From Gammaproteobacteria bacterium (GTDB taxonomy: Bacteria; Pseudomonadota; Gammaproteobacteria; Ga0077536): a stretch of 64,000 bases of DNA. Each line of letters opens with the position of its first letter. The first letter of the stretch is position 1. The DNA lies in assembly GCA_963662545.2 (NCBI GenBank), contig CAXXLL010000002.1:672001-736000 (forward strand), written 5' to 3'. The notes under the pieces were generated by a model, which did no database searches, was not told the DNA's origin, and was given only the letters and a program-made list of their open reading frames with translations. This document shows positions 21,770-32,253 of the stretch, one piece after another. The position numbers and the translations under genes are program-made.

Positions 21770-22942
21770 TTACTCGCGCCGCAGCCGCTCCGTGACTGCA
21801 ATAGGCGTCGGGAAATTCAATACGATTAAGTAGGGAGATACGATAAAAGTGAACAGCGTGCTCGCCTGAATCAAGTACGCTGCGGTCGTACCAATCACTC
21901 CCAGCTCCGCCGCCACTACCGCAATAAGCAGCGAAAACTCACTGAGCTGGCCCAACCTCACGCCCACTTCACGCGCCAGGGCATCCGTTTCCCCAGAACG
22001 GCGGATCAGGAACGCGAAAACGAGCGGCTTGAACAACAAAGTCAGTGCCGCTAGCAGGCACGCGGGAAACACCACCACCGGTAACATGTTCAAATCGAAA
22101 CTCGCGCCCAGCGAAAAGAAAAAAATAACCAGAAAAAAGTCCCTCACTGGTTTGAGGGTCTCGGCGATAAACAACGAAACAGGGTTCGTGGCCATCGCCA
22201 CGCCGGCGATGAAGGCCCCAACCTCGGCAGACAGGCCGAGAAAGGTTGCAAGCTCAGCCATACCAAGACACCAGCCGACCATCAGTAGAAAAATGTACTC
22301 GTGGATTCCGTCAAAGCGGCGCATCAGCGGTACCAAAACGTAGCGCTGTCCGAGAAACGCAACAATGACGAGTACCGGCACGGACACCAGCAATATCAGC
22401 AGGTCAAACGTCGGAATTGCTCCGCGGCCAAAAAAACGAACGAGTAACAAGACCACGACCGCGATGAGGTCTTGCAACAAGAGCACACTGATGATGAGCT
22501 CACCCGTGCGCTGGTGATGCAATACCATGGTTGGCAGCAACTTCAGTCCGATGATGGTGCTCGAGAACATGAGCGCCGCACCCAGCACAAGACACTCAAC
22601 GAGATCGAGACCGAACAGCCAACCTACCACCGCGACGGAAAGGCCGAATACACCGCAACTGACCACCGTTATAAAAGTAGTTTGGCGCAACAGGGCGAAC
22701 AGCTTTTGGGGGTGGAGGTTAAGCCCAAGCAAAAACAGCAGGAAAATTATTCCAATATGGGCGATCTCCGTGATCACGAGCGTATTGGTCACCAGGGCGA
22801 AGCCCCAAGGGCCAAACAGGATCCCGAGCAGAATGTAGCTGACCAGTAACGCCTGACGCGCGTACAGTGCAGCGGTGGCCAGGGCCGCCGCTCCTGTGAA
22901 AATTAGGAAGATGGTGAAGAGAACCGGATCCGGGGTGGTCAT
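21770..22942 (-). CDS. Cation:proton antiporter (CPA2/Kef-like membrane domain)
   Basis: Very hydrophobic; GIIFLLFLLGL, FSST, LLLQDL, GAFIAG, GQLSEFS. Confidence 0.88.
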   Translation of the reverse strand: MTTPDPVLFTIFLIFTGAAALATAALYARQALLVSYILLGILFGPWGFALVTNTLVITEIAHIGIIFLLFLLGLNLHPQKLFALLRQTTFITVVSCGVFGLSVAVVGWLFGLDLVECLVLGAALMFSSTIIGLKLLPTMVLHHQRTGELIISVLLLQDLIAVVVLLLVRFFGRGAIPTFDLLILLVSVPVLVIVAFLGQRYVLVPLMRRFDGIHEYIFLLMVGWCLGMAELATFLGLSAEVGAFIAGVAMATNPVSLFIAETLKPVRDFFLVIFFFSLGASFDLNMLPVVVFPACLLAALTLLFKPLVFAFLIRRSGETDALAREVGVRLGQLSEFSLLIAVVAAELGVIGTTAAYLIQASTLFTFIVSPYLIVLNFPTPIAVTERLRRE

Positions 22943-23137
22943 GACTTCGTCGTGCGCGAACACATATGCGTAACGTCCGTCAAAGTATTCGTGATTTTGG
23001 GAGCTTTGCGGTGCAGTATATTTAACTCGCCCAACGTGACCTACCCGCATTCTTTGGTCCAGTTTTAGAGTAAGTTTACACAGCTTGATTCAGGTTTGGC
23101 ACGTCGTCCTCGGGAAGCGCGGTTTCGGGATCCGGCA

Positions 23138-23236
23138 GCCCGTGAGATGCTGGGAGGGATTTACGAGTGGTTTATAGAAGGCTTTGACACCAAAGACCTG
23201 CGAGAGGCGAAGGTGCTGTTAGAGGAATTGGAATAA
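23138..23236 (+). pseudogene. C-terminal scrap of adenylate/guanylate cyclase-AAA-TPR type protein
   Basis: Own translation: AREMLGGIYEWFIEGFDTKDLREAKVLLEELE*. Confidence 0.75.
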
Positions 23237-23252
23237 AGCAACCACGTTTGCC

Positions 23253-23560
23253 TATGTCTCCTTAGGGTCTAGGCTGTCCGAAAACTAATTTCGATTTTGG
23301 AAAGTGGGGTATGCGTTATCCAATTTGATCAATTTGCGCAGTGTGGTCCCTAATTTATCTGCTATGGGGACAACAAGTGGGGAAACTTTTCGTCGCGTAA
23401 CGATTTTTCGGAGTTTTCGGACAGCCTGGGTCGTCAGCGGCCTGATCGCGGCAGTGCAGCGCTAGAGACGGTTACGTCTGCAATGCGCTCGTAAGCGTTC
23501 GTCCAGCAGCGTTCGGCGGACCGTTAACCAAGGAGTTCGGCTCCCAGCCAACAGCGGTCA
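23253..23560 (+). repeat. Three-box array repeat R9 (MITE in box 1)
   Basis: ATGTCTCCTTAGGGTC[MITE]GGTCGTCAGCGGCCTGATCGCGGCAGTGCAGC..GTCTGCAATGCGCTC..CAGCCAACAGCGGTC. Confidence 0.92.
23270..23428. mobile_element. 159-bp MITE with IS1182-type TIRs
   Basis: Near-identical to 5052-5210; GGTC duplication. Confidence 0.92.
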
Positions 23561-23626
23561 TCGGGAACGGGCAAAAGGCAGGATCTGGCCTCGCAGGCGC
23601 GGATACCAGTCGCGTGAGCCCCTGTA

Positions 23627-25555
23627 TCAGGATTGATCGGTCGTGGCCATCGTCGGAAATCGCACGGTCGCGCCTGGCGTGACCTTGTGCAAATCAAGCC
23701 CCGGGTTGTACTGCCGGAACAGCCATACGGGCACATCGTATTGCCTCAGCGACAGTATCCATATTGACTCGCCCGATCGAATCGTGTGTTCCGTCACACC
23801 AGTTATCACGTTTTTGCGGAAGAAGCTGTCCTGCTGTGTACGGTGATACGCCTCGCGAAGAACCTCGAAGCCTTGCACGTCGACATCGTTGAATTCGAGC
23901 CTGATGCGCTGACCAACCTCCATAGGAGTGCGGAATTTAAGTCCGTTGATGTCACGCAGCCGTTGCGTGCGAATTCCGAGCCAATCCGCATAATGACCAA
24001 GAGTCTCGAGTGGCTGTATTTCGATCGTGTTGTCCTCGGCAACGCTGTAGTCGCTGGGGTCGGACAACAACGAGGTCTGTATCGTCTCCATGAGGCTCGA
24101 CACTAGGTCGCTCACCAGAGCCGTGGGATCAAGCTCCTCGACCTCGGGTTCTTCAGGCCCTGCCTTGGCGGCGCTGGCAACGACAACTGGCTCGGGGGCC
24201 TCAGCCGTCGCTGGCGCGCTCGCGACAGGCGCCGGACCTGCACCGGGCAATCGCAGCCGTTGCCCCCCCCTGATTCGGTGCTGACTGCTAAGTCCGTTCA
24301 GCGCGACGAGCGTCGAGACGCGCGTGCTGTATCTCTCAGCGATTTCCGAGAGAGTGTCGCCACGCGCGACCGTATGAAAGAGATCGGGTAACTGCGCGTT
24401 GTGCCAGCTGTCGGCAGGAACACTGGCAACGAGCTCATCGATCGACCCATTGATCATTCTCCCGGGCATGAGCACATTGAAACCGCGCGGCACGTGTTTG
24501 CTGCCTTGCCAGACTGTCGGCTGCAGGGCCGGATTGTGTTTCTTTATCTGTGTTTGAGTGACGCCGAGGGCCTGTGCAAGGTCGCTCGCCGGCACGAACC
24601 CCGGAAGCTTCGCCTCAGCATAAACAGTCGGCGTGTCACGAACGATGCCGGGAAAATAGTTGTCTGAATTCTGATCGACTTCTTTCGCCGCAAGAAACTC
24701 TGCGTAGAAATTGCGGGATGCAAAACCGAAAGTGCGACCATTGTAGTTGCGTAGTATGTCTACGTAGGCCGTGTCGCCGTGACGACGCATGGCGCGACGG
24801 ACGCCAGACAAGCCATGGTTGTAGGCCGTGATTGCCATCGGCCAGTTGCCGGTAATCGAATAGTTGTAAGCCAGGAGCTTGCCTGCGCCGCGGGTTGCCT
24901 CGAACGGGTCATTTCGGTCGTCGATAACGTGGTTGACGCGCATGTATCGACGCGCCGTACTGCGCGTGAACTGCCAGATGCCGGAGGCGCCGACGTGCGA
25001 TCGTGCGTCGGGATTGTAGGAAGACTCAACGTGCGGCAGCGCCGCAAGTTCGACCGGAACACCCAGCGCGGTGAATTCGGACTCAATGAAATCACGCCAG
25101 CGACCGGAGCGCTTGAGACCCTCCTGGAATCGGTCCGAGAGACCTTGTTGATAACGAATGCGGCCCGCAGCGGCCTTGAGTGTCGCGTTGTCGACATCAG
25201 CCGGCCATAGCGCGAGTATGCGCGCTTCTTCCGCAGTCAGGTTGTCACCTATGCCGTTTGCCAGTGATCGCAGCACCGCGGTGAGGGCATCGCGGCGCTT
25301 ATCAACCCGTCGGTTGCGCTCGCGGCGGCTGAGATTCGTCGGTATATCGATGCGCCCGTAGATGACGCCGAGATGACGATTATCGTGCAGCACTCCCTCG
25401 TCACTGTCATACCGCGCGAATATCGAGACCCAGAAATTGACGTCGGGCTGTAATTCCGGGGGAAAAGGGAAGGTCTCTCCTGCATTGGAAGACGCGCCGG
25501 GAAGCACTAGGAGTAGTAGTAGCCCCGCGAGCCAATATCGACTTTTTCTTGCCAT
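23627..25555 (-). CDS. Lytic transglycosylase with LysM domains (MltD-like)
   Basis: LPHVESSY, GASGIWQF, AYNHG, HTVARGDTLSEIA; start codon uncertain. Confidence 0.9.
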   Translation of the reverse strand: MARKSRYWLAGLLLLLVLPGASSNAGETFPFPPELQPDVNFWVSIFARYDSDEGVLHDNRHLGVIYGRIDIPTNLSRRERNRRVDKRRDALTAVLRSLANGIGDNLTAEEARILALWPADVDNATLKAAAGRIRYQQGLSDRFQEGLKRSGRWRDFIESEFTALGVPVELAALPHVESSYNPDARSHVGASGIWQFTRSTARRYMRVNHVIDDRNDPFEATRGAGKLLAYNYSITGNWPMAITAYNHGLSGVRRAMRRHGDTAYVDILRNYNGRTFGFASRNFYAEFLAAKEVDQNSDNYFPGIVRDTPTVYAEAKLPGFVPASDLAQALGVTQTQIKKHNPALQPTVWQGSKHVPRGFNVLMPGRMINGSIDELVASVPADSWHNAQLPDLFHTVARGDTLSEIAERYSTRVSTLVALNGLSSQHRIRGGQRLRLPGAGPAPVASAPATAEAPEPVVVASAAKAGPEEPEVEELDPTALVSDLVSSLMETIQTSLLSDPSDYSVAEDNTIEIQPLETLGHYADWLGIRTQRLRDINGLKFRTPMEVGQRIRLEFNDVDVQGFEVLREAYHRTQQDSFFRKNVITGVTEHTIRSGESIWILSLRQYDVPVWLFRQYNPGLDLHKVTPGATVRFPTMATTDQS

Positions 25556-25795
25556 TTTTTTCAACAGAATATCTGACTCTCGTGGAAAAGTTGTTGTCCT
25601 CCCCAGATTGTCCGCCTCCACTGCACGAAATGCTGCCATGGTATATGCCAGACGACCTAGCAGGCCAAGCCGAATAGCAGTTCGCCAATGCGAATGACAC
25701 CACTCAGGTTAACAAATGCGCTCCAGCCGACACTTGACTGCGTCCTTCCTTCGCTACCGATCCGGTGGGTGAAATACGCCTAGTAATCTGTCCTC

Positions 25796-25941
25796 GATGA
25801 CCGCTTCGGGTCGTCAGCGGCCTTGTCGCGGCAGCGCATCACTGTTCTAGATTAGGTCTGTAATGCTCTCCATAGCGGTCGGCGAGTCGCCTTAATGGCG
25901 GCTACGGATGAGCGGTTCGGCTCTAAGCCAAGAGGACGACA
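25796..25941 (+). repeat. Three-box array repeat R10
   Basis: GATGACCGCTTCGGGTCGTCAGCGGCC..CTAGATTAGGTCTGTAATGCTCTCCATAGCGGTC..TTCGGCTCTAAGCC. Confidence 0.92.
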
Positions 25942-25951
25942 TTCCTTGATA

Positions 25952-27648
25952 GTGTCCGTCCATAAACAGGCATTTTCTTCGATGGGCACGGAGAAATCGA
26001 GGTGTTGAAAGTAGGTTGTTGGAGCGGTAGCGGCGGTTCGGTGGGGGTCGAAGGGCTCTTCGAGCGTAATTGTGAGTACGTTCGCCGGCCGCAGAGCGCT
26101 GCAACCCAAAGTCGCCCGTTCGACGATATCGAGGAGGTCAGTTAGTGCGAGTGAACGTCGCTATTCGAGTTGATAGCGCGCGAGCAGGCTGAGGTTGTAG
26201 GCGACCACAGAAGACCACACGTAGGCTTCGAAGTGCGGCAGGCTCTTCCAGGTGCAACGTGCCAATCCGTATGCACGCTTCAGGCAGGAGATACCGGCCT
26301 CGATGCCGGCGCGGAAGTTGCGCAAGCGTCGATAGACCCACTGACTCTTGACCATGTCGGCGATCGCGAGCCCGCGCTTCTTGTGGAAGGCAACGTCTTC
26401 GATGCCTTCTGCTTTCGCCGCCCGGAGATTGTCGAGGCTCGCATAGCCGCCATCGGCGGCGACCTGTCGTGGCATCGTCCCGTAGTGTGTTCGATGCCGT
26501 TCGAGCATCGGCATGAAGCGCTGACTATCGACCGGATTGCCTCGCTCGATGACCACGTCGAGGATGAGGCCACTGCGCCCCGAAGCCAGATTGATTTTGT
26601 GTCCGTACTGAACGTCGCGCGCACCCTTTATGATGATGTCGGTATGCGGCTCGAACAAGCTCACGCACTTCTCGCTCGCGGGGACCTTCTCACCGCCGAA
26701 CACCCGCCGCTCAGTTTGCGAAATCACCTGCAGAACAAGTGTTTCGTAGTGCGCTACCTGCGCTAGCCAGTCCGGCAGTTCAACGCCGGTGACGCCCGGG
26801 CTCAGCAGCTGCTCACGTACCCTCGCTACCGCTTCCAAGGTTGAACGCGTCGCCCCAATCAAATCGCGATACAGACGTTGGCGTTGCTTCGCACCACGCG
26901 CATACCACAGCGCCCGCGCACGCTTCTTCGCCAATCGAGTGTGGTTCACGAAGCACAACTCCGGCGCGCCAGGCAACTCGCGCGCCTGTGCGAGCAGACG
27001 AACCACAACACGCACGCCATCCCACAGCAGATGACTGTCGCTCGGCGCGTGGATGGCACTGTCCGTTACCGTGCTATCAATCCGTACACGCTGTGCCGGC
27101 TCAATGCGCGTCTCTTTCGCCGTCGCCAGCAGGGCGCGATGAATAGACTCCCACGTCGATACCTGGATCGCCGAGACCACCCGCTGTAAGGCAGACTTCT
27201 TCGGACGTTCATTACCCGGCAACCGGGCGAAGGCCTGAAAGCTCGCCGAGTCCTGCAGGTGAAAGGCCAGCTCCTCGTAACTCAATTGCCGGTGCTGCTT
27301 GAGCACCGCGCAGCGCAGCACCGACTCCGCCGACAGTCCGCGTCGACCGGTGGGCTTCAAACCCCGCCGACACAGATCGTTCATGACCGGCGTGAGGACC
27401 TTGGGGTGAGCATCGAGCCACTCGGACATGCCCTGCAGCTCTCGCCCCAGGTCATGGTCAGCAAACAGCTCGTATATACTCGCTTGGGCCGTGCGTTTCT
27501 GACGCATTCCCCCTCCTGTGGTGTCGATGATTGTGTGGAAAATCAGAGGTTTGAAGTTCCATTAGATCACGACCCACCGGAGGTTTCGATCCCTTAAGCG
27601 ACAAATTTTCCTTTTTATTTCAACCGCATCGCGTTTAGGGATGCACAC
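25952..27648 (-). mobile_element. ISNCY/IS5-like element (transposase 26161-27507)
   Basis: RIDSTV, ADGGY, RAGIEAGIS; TIR GTGTCCGTCCATAAAC / GTTTAGGGATGCACAC; TTGATA duplicated. Confidence 0.9.
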
Positions 27649-27705
27649 TTGATAGCGGTCGTACGGTTATCCTATCCCTTCAATCAGCAACGGAAGGTAT
27701 TGACT

Positions 27706-28242
27706 ATGAACTGGAACGTTGCGGGAGCGATTGGTGAAGTAGTCGGGGCGGCCGCAGTCGTAATTTCCGTCATGTACCTGGCGGTTCAGATTCGCAAACA
27801 GACCGAGGAATACAGATTATCTGCTACACGCGAAATTGCCGCTCAATTCATGGACGGTTTGAAGGTTCCCATAGCCGATGAGGGTCTGTGCGAGATATAT
27901 CTGAAAGGTATCCAAAATTACAAATCGCTGCCGGAAGCAAAACGGTTAAGGATCAGTCTACTATTTCAGCATCAGATAAGAGTTATGGAGCTGCAATACT
28001 TTCACAGTAAAAAAAGGAATATTGATGCTTCATTTTTGGACTCAATAAATCGCACTTTATCCGAAATTTTGAGCTTTCCCGGCGTACAACAATGGTGGGA
28101 AACGACACACTACAGCTTTGAAGACGGGTTTCAACAACACATAGAACATTTGCTCTCGGAATCCAAAACCAAGTCGTATCCAAGTACATTCAGTACAAAG
28201 AAGAAGGCGCAAACTAATAGCGTGGGCGAGTTCGACACTTGA
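27706..28242 (+). CDS. Hypothetical membrane-anchored protein (MNW..AIGE..AV..YLA.QIR type)
   Basis: N-terminal TM helix; AT-richer than neighbours; resembles 60302-60823. Confidence 0.8.
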   Translation: MNWNVAGAIGEVVGAAAVVISVMYLAVQIRKQTEEYRLSATREIAAQFMDGLKVPIADEGLCEIYLKGIQNYKSLPEAKRLRISLLFQHQIRVMELQYFHSKKRNIDASFLDSINRTLSEILSFPGVQQWWETTHYSFEDGFQQHIEHLLSESKTKSYPSTFSTKKKAQTNSVGEFDT

Positions 28243-28304
28243 TTGCGACCCAGGTCAAAACGCCTTTTATCGAATGAAAAGGATGCTGAGTAACGCAGCG
28301 CAAC

Positions 28305-30138
28305 AAGTCCGCTGTGGGTCCAGAGTGTGTGAAAACTCTGCATCAGATAAGATCACTCTTTCGGTCCTGGGGAGTCGTTGATGAGCGGGTTCATTGAAGG
28401 CGCGGACCGCCGCCAAACAACGCTGTTTCCCGAGTGTCTGGACGATTATGTCGCTGAGGAGAGTGCGGTGCGGGTCATCGATGTGTTCGTCGATGAGTTG
28501 GATCTGTCAGGTCTGAGTTTCAGAACCGATGCGCATGAGACGGGTCGACCGGGGTATCACCCGGCGACGATGCTGAAGCTCTATATCTACGGTTACCTGA
28601 ACCGGGTTCAATCGAGCCGTCGCCTGGAACGGGAGGCGCAGCGGAACGTGGAACTGATGTGGCTGACGGGTCGTCTGGCGCCTGATTTCAAGACCATTGC
28701 CGATTTCCGCAAAGATAACGGTGACGCCATTCGTCTGGTATGCCGGGAGTTCGTGATGCTGTGCCGTAAGCTGCAGCTGTTTTCGGAAGCCTTCGTGGCG
28801 ATAGATGGCAGCAAGTTCAAAGCGGTAAACAACCGTGACCGGAACTTCACGAAGGCGAAGCTGAAACGTCGGTTGCAGCAGATTGACGAGAGCGTTGAGC
28901 GGTACCTGGCGGAAATTGCAAGTGCCGACCGCCAGGAGCGTGCGGTGTCAGGTGACAAGTCGCAGCGTTTGAAGGACAAGATCGAGGTACTGAAGGAAGA
29001 GATAGGCCGCCTAAAAAAGCTCGAGGTACGGCTCGAGGAGACGCCGGACCATCAGGTCTCACTGACGGACCCGGACGCGCGCTCGATGGCGACGAGCGGC
29101 CGTGGCAGCGGCATGGTGGGGTACAACGTGCAGACGGCGGTCGACACGAAGAGTCATCTGATTGTGGCACATGAAGTGACGAACGTAGGTCATGACCGGG
29201 CGCAACTGTCGAACATGTCGGAGAAAGCCAAAGAGGCGCTGGATAAGAAGGAGTTGACCGTCGTTGCGGATCGCGGGTACTTCAGTGGCGAAGAGATCTT
29301 GGCGTGCGCTAAAGCCGGCATCACGACCTATCTGCCGAAACCGCAGACCTCGGGTAACCAGGCGAAGGGCTTGTTTGGCAAGCGCGACTTCATTTACCAA
29401 CCCGAAGAGGATGCGTATGAATGCCCGGCCGGTGAGCGACTGATTTACCGGTTCACCCGAGTGGAGAAAGGCAAGCAGATCCGGCGCTACTGGAGTTCGG
29501 CGTGTCCCCGCTGCCCGATCAAATCTAAATGCACAACGGGTCGATACCGGCGCGTCAGCCGTTGGGAACATGAAGCGGTTGTTGAAGCGGTGCAGGCGCG
29601 ATTGGATCGTGAACCTGACCCTATGCGTGTCCGCCGAGAGACGGTCGAGCATCCATTTGGCACGATCAAATCCTGGATGGGTTCGACCCACTTCCAGATG
29701 CGCACGCTGAAACACGTTGGTACGGAAATGAGTCTGCACGTGCTCGCTTACAACATGAAACGCGTGATGAATCTACTGGGTGTCGCTACGCTCATCGAAG
29801 CGATGACGGCATGAGACCCTCTGTGGCCTCGAAAACTCCCTGATCCACGGCTTCACTGCCGGCTTCTGGGGCCGTTCTAAGGAATGTTCCATTAACTAAC
29901 CGATCGCATTGGACCGCGAGCGCGGCCGTCGTAACCGCGCCGCGTTGCGTCTGACGAGGAGTTCTCGACGTGATTCCTCTTCATTCCGAGTTTTCACACA
30001 CTCTGGGTCGATAGCCGCCTCATCGGGGCAGGGCAGCACCACCAAGCGACACGTCTGGATTACTTTCGAAAGCGGCCATCCTGCTTCTGTTGGCATCACC
30101 TCTGAGGGTGACTTCGGCTCTCGGCCAAGTGCCGTCGT
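28305..30138 (+). repeat. Three-box array repeat R11 (split by IS1182-B)
   Basis: AAGTCCGCTGTGGGTC[IS]GGTCGATAGCCGCC..GTCTGGATTACTTTCGAAAGCGGCC..TTCGGCTCTCGGCC. Confidence 0.9.
28321..30005 (+). mobile_element. IS1182-family element B, copy 2
   Basis: Same protein and TIRs as copy 1; GGTC duplication. Confidence 0.95.
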
Positions 30139-30400
30139 TCAATGTGGCGACACATAACAACAGCTTACGGATCAGAAAACGGTCGTTCGTGCAACGTGCC
30201 TCATAATGCCTGGTTGACGCATTCCGGACCTTGTGCGATTTTCCTCCGGAGGTGCTTCCATTTACTCGGCCGGTCGTCAAAATTTGTAGCACTGGCCTTT
30301 GAAGGGGCGTCAAATCGGGAATGTTGGCTGAACGGCGTCGTCACGTTGATCGCCTAAAGCTCGCGCTTGAACTTCACAGTCAAATTCTTATTTGAGTCAC

Positions 30401-30926
30401 ATGAACGAGCAGATCCATTACGCAAGCGGAATCCTGACCCTGCTCATCGAATCGCTCGCCAGTGCGCTACCCGGAATCTTCGCCGGCCTGGTCGTCATCG
30501 TTGCCTTTTTCATCGCCGCCGTCATGAGCCGCAAGCTGTTGCGCCGTTTGTCGGCGCGGGTCGAGGCCGACAAGCGCCCGCTAGTAGAGCTAGCCGGCGA
30601 GACACTGTTCTATGTCGTGATCGCCATCGGCCTGGTCACGGGTCTCGGCACGATGGGAATCGATGTCTCCGCGCTGATCGCCGGCTTGGGCTTGACTGGC
30701 TTCGCGCTCGGTTTCGCCCTGCGCGACGCGGTCTCCAATTTGATCGCCGGCGTGCTAATCCTGCTGTATCAGCCCTTCGGTTACGGTGACAAGATCACGG
30801 TGGGCGGCAATAGCGGCACGGTGATTGGCATTAACCCGCTACACGGTTCTGGAAGCCGATGGCGGGACCGTCGTCCACGTGCCCAACAGCACTATGTTCA
30901 GCAATAGCGTCACGGTCGAGGCGTGA
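30401..30926 (+). pseudogene. MscS mechanosensitive channel, frameshifted near 30837
   Basis: GFALGFALRDAVSNLIAG, PFGYGDKI; continues in another frame RYTVLEADGGTVVHVPNS. Confidence 0.8.
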
Positions 30927-30995
30927 ACCGGAGATAGCGCCGTATAAAACGGTGTGGCGGCCAACCTTTGACTGCGCCCTTCCTTCGATGCCGCT

Positions 30996-31137
30996 GATGT
31001 CCATTATTGGGTCGTTAGCCGCCGCCTCGCGGCAGTGCAGCACAGCTCTAGATTACGTCTGCAATGCGCTCCATAGCGGTCGTCCAGTAGCGTTCGGTGG
31101 CGTGAACATCACGAGGGGCGGCTCTCGGCCGGCGGAC
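30996..31137 (+). repeat. Three-box array repeat R12
   Basis: GGGTCGTTAGCCGCC..GCAGTGCAGCACAGCTCTAGATTACGTCTGCAATGCGCTCCATAGCGGTC..GGCGGCTCTCGGCC. Confidence 0.92.
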
Positions 31138-31190
31138 AATAAGGTCGGCTGACAAGACATTGCCGTTGCCGTTGCAAAGGAGTTGTGACG

Positions 31191-31246
31191 ATGCCACGAA
31201 GACCACGGATGAACCTGCCGGGTGTGCCCGTGCATGTCGTTTAGCG
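31191..31246 (+). pseudogene. N-terminal scrap of Y1/RAYT-type HUH transposase
   Basis: RBS AAAGGAG then MPRRPRMNLPGVPVHVV*. Confidence 0.6.
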
Positions 31247-31251
31247 ATAAA

Positions 31252-32253
31252 TCAATCTGGCTTCTGTCTACTGTCCGGGATAACGTCGCCATTCGGCGTC
31301 ATACCCTTTAGAAATTTGAAGAGGTCACTGTCCGTGGAAAGGACCAGGGTCGTGTTCTCCGCGATGATGGACTTGTAGGACTGCATGGTCCGCGTGAATT
31401 CATAGAACGCCACCGCCTCAGGGCTCTGGTTGTAAGCCCGCGCGTAGATTTCGGTGGCTTTCGCGTCCGCCATGCCGCGGATCTCCTCGACCTGCCGGTA
31501 TGCTTCAGACTGGATCTTGTTCAGGTCACGCACACGATTGCCGCGGATTCTGGCGGCCTCGCCATGACCTTCCGAGAGGAAGCGTTCCGCGATCTGGCGC
31601 CGCTCACTGATCATTCGATCGTAGATTTTCGGGCGCACACTTTCGTTGTAGTTGATTCGCTTGAACCGAATATCGAGCAATTCGATACCGAACACGCGAA
31701 CCTTCTCGGCAGCCGATTCAAAGATCTCCTGCTCGACGAGTTTGCGTCCCTTGTGGATCGGCACCAGTGATCCCATGTCCAGCTCCTTTTCCGCGTCGGT
31801 CAGGAGGGCGTCGCGCAGCGGCACGCGGTCTTTGGTGGTACGGATGATCTCGATCAGCTCATGCTTGGCGACAGCGTTACGCGTCTCGCTGCCCAGAATA
31901 TCGTCCAAGCGGGACTGCGCACTGCGTTCATCGCGCAAGCGCAGAAAGTACTGGAGAGGATCGGTAATTCGCCAGCGGGCGAAGAGATCGACCGAGATAT
32001 AGAGCTTGTCCTTGGTGGGCATATCCGACGGGTTGCCGTCCCACTCGAGCACGCGCTTGTCGATCGGGTTGACGTCCTGAATAAAGGGCAGCTTAACCTT
32101 CAGGCCGGCGGTAGTCACGGGCGCGCCGACCGGCTTGCCGAACTGCGTGATAATCATCTGCTCGACTTCGCTCACGGTATAGATCGAACTCATCGCGACG
32201 AACGCCCCGATGCCCAAAACCACCACGATAGCTATTTGCTTGATCTCATTCAT
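31252..32253 (-). CDS. hflC: FtsH modulator HflC
   Basis: SPFH domain, RMISER, SEG..EAARIRG, downstream of hflK. Confidence 0.92.
   Translation of the reverse strand: MNEIKQIAIVVVLGIGAFVAMSSIYTVSEVEQMIITQFGKPVGAPVTTAGLKVKLPFIQDVNPIDKRVLEWDGNPSDMPTKDKLYISVDLFARWRITDPLQYFLRLRDERSAQSRLDDILGSETRNAVAKHELIEIIRTTKDRVPLRDALLTDAEKELDMGSLVPIHKGRKLVEQEIFESAAEKVRVFGIELLDIRFKRINYNESVRPKIYDRMISERRQIAERFLSEGHGEAARIRGNRVRDLNKIQSEAYRQVEEIRGMADAKATEIYARAYNQSPEAVAFYEFTRTMQSYKSIIAENTTLVLSTDSDLFKFLKGMTPNGDVIPDSRQKPD

Noticed and set aside
30859-31152. Short ORFs sharing SRQCSTALDYVCNAL-like peptides (also 1985, 33835, 44562, 53826, 61434)
   Set aside because: Translations of the non-coding repeat; starts, frames and stops are not conserved.
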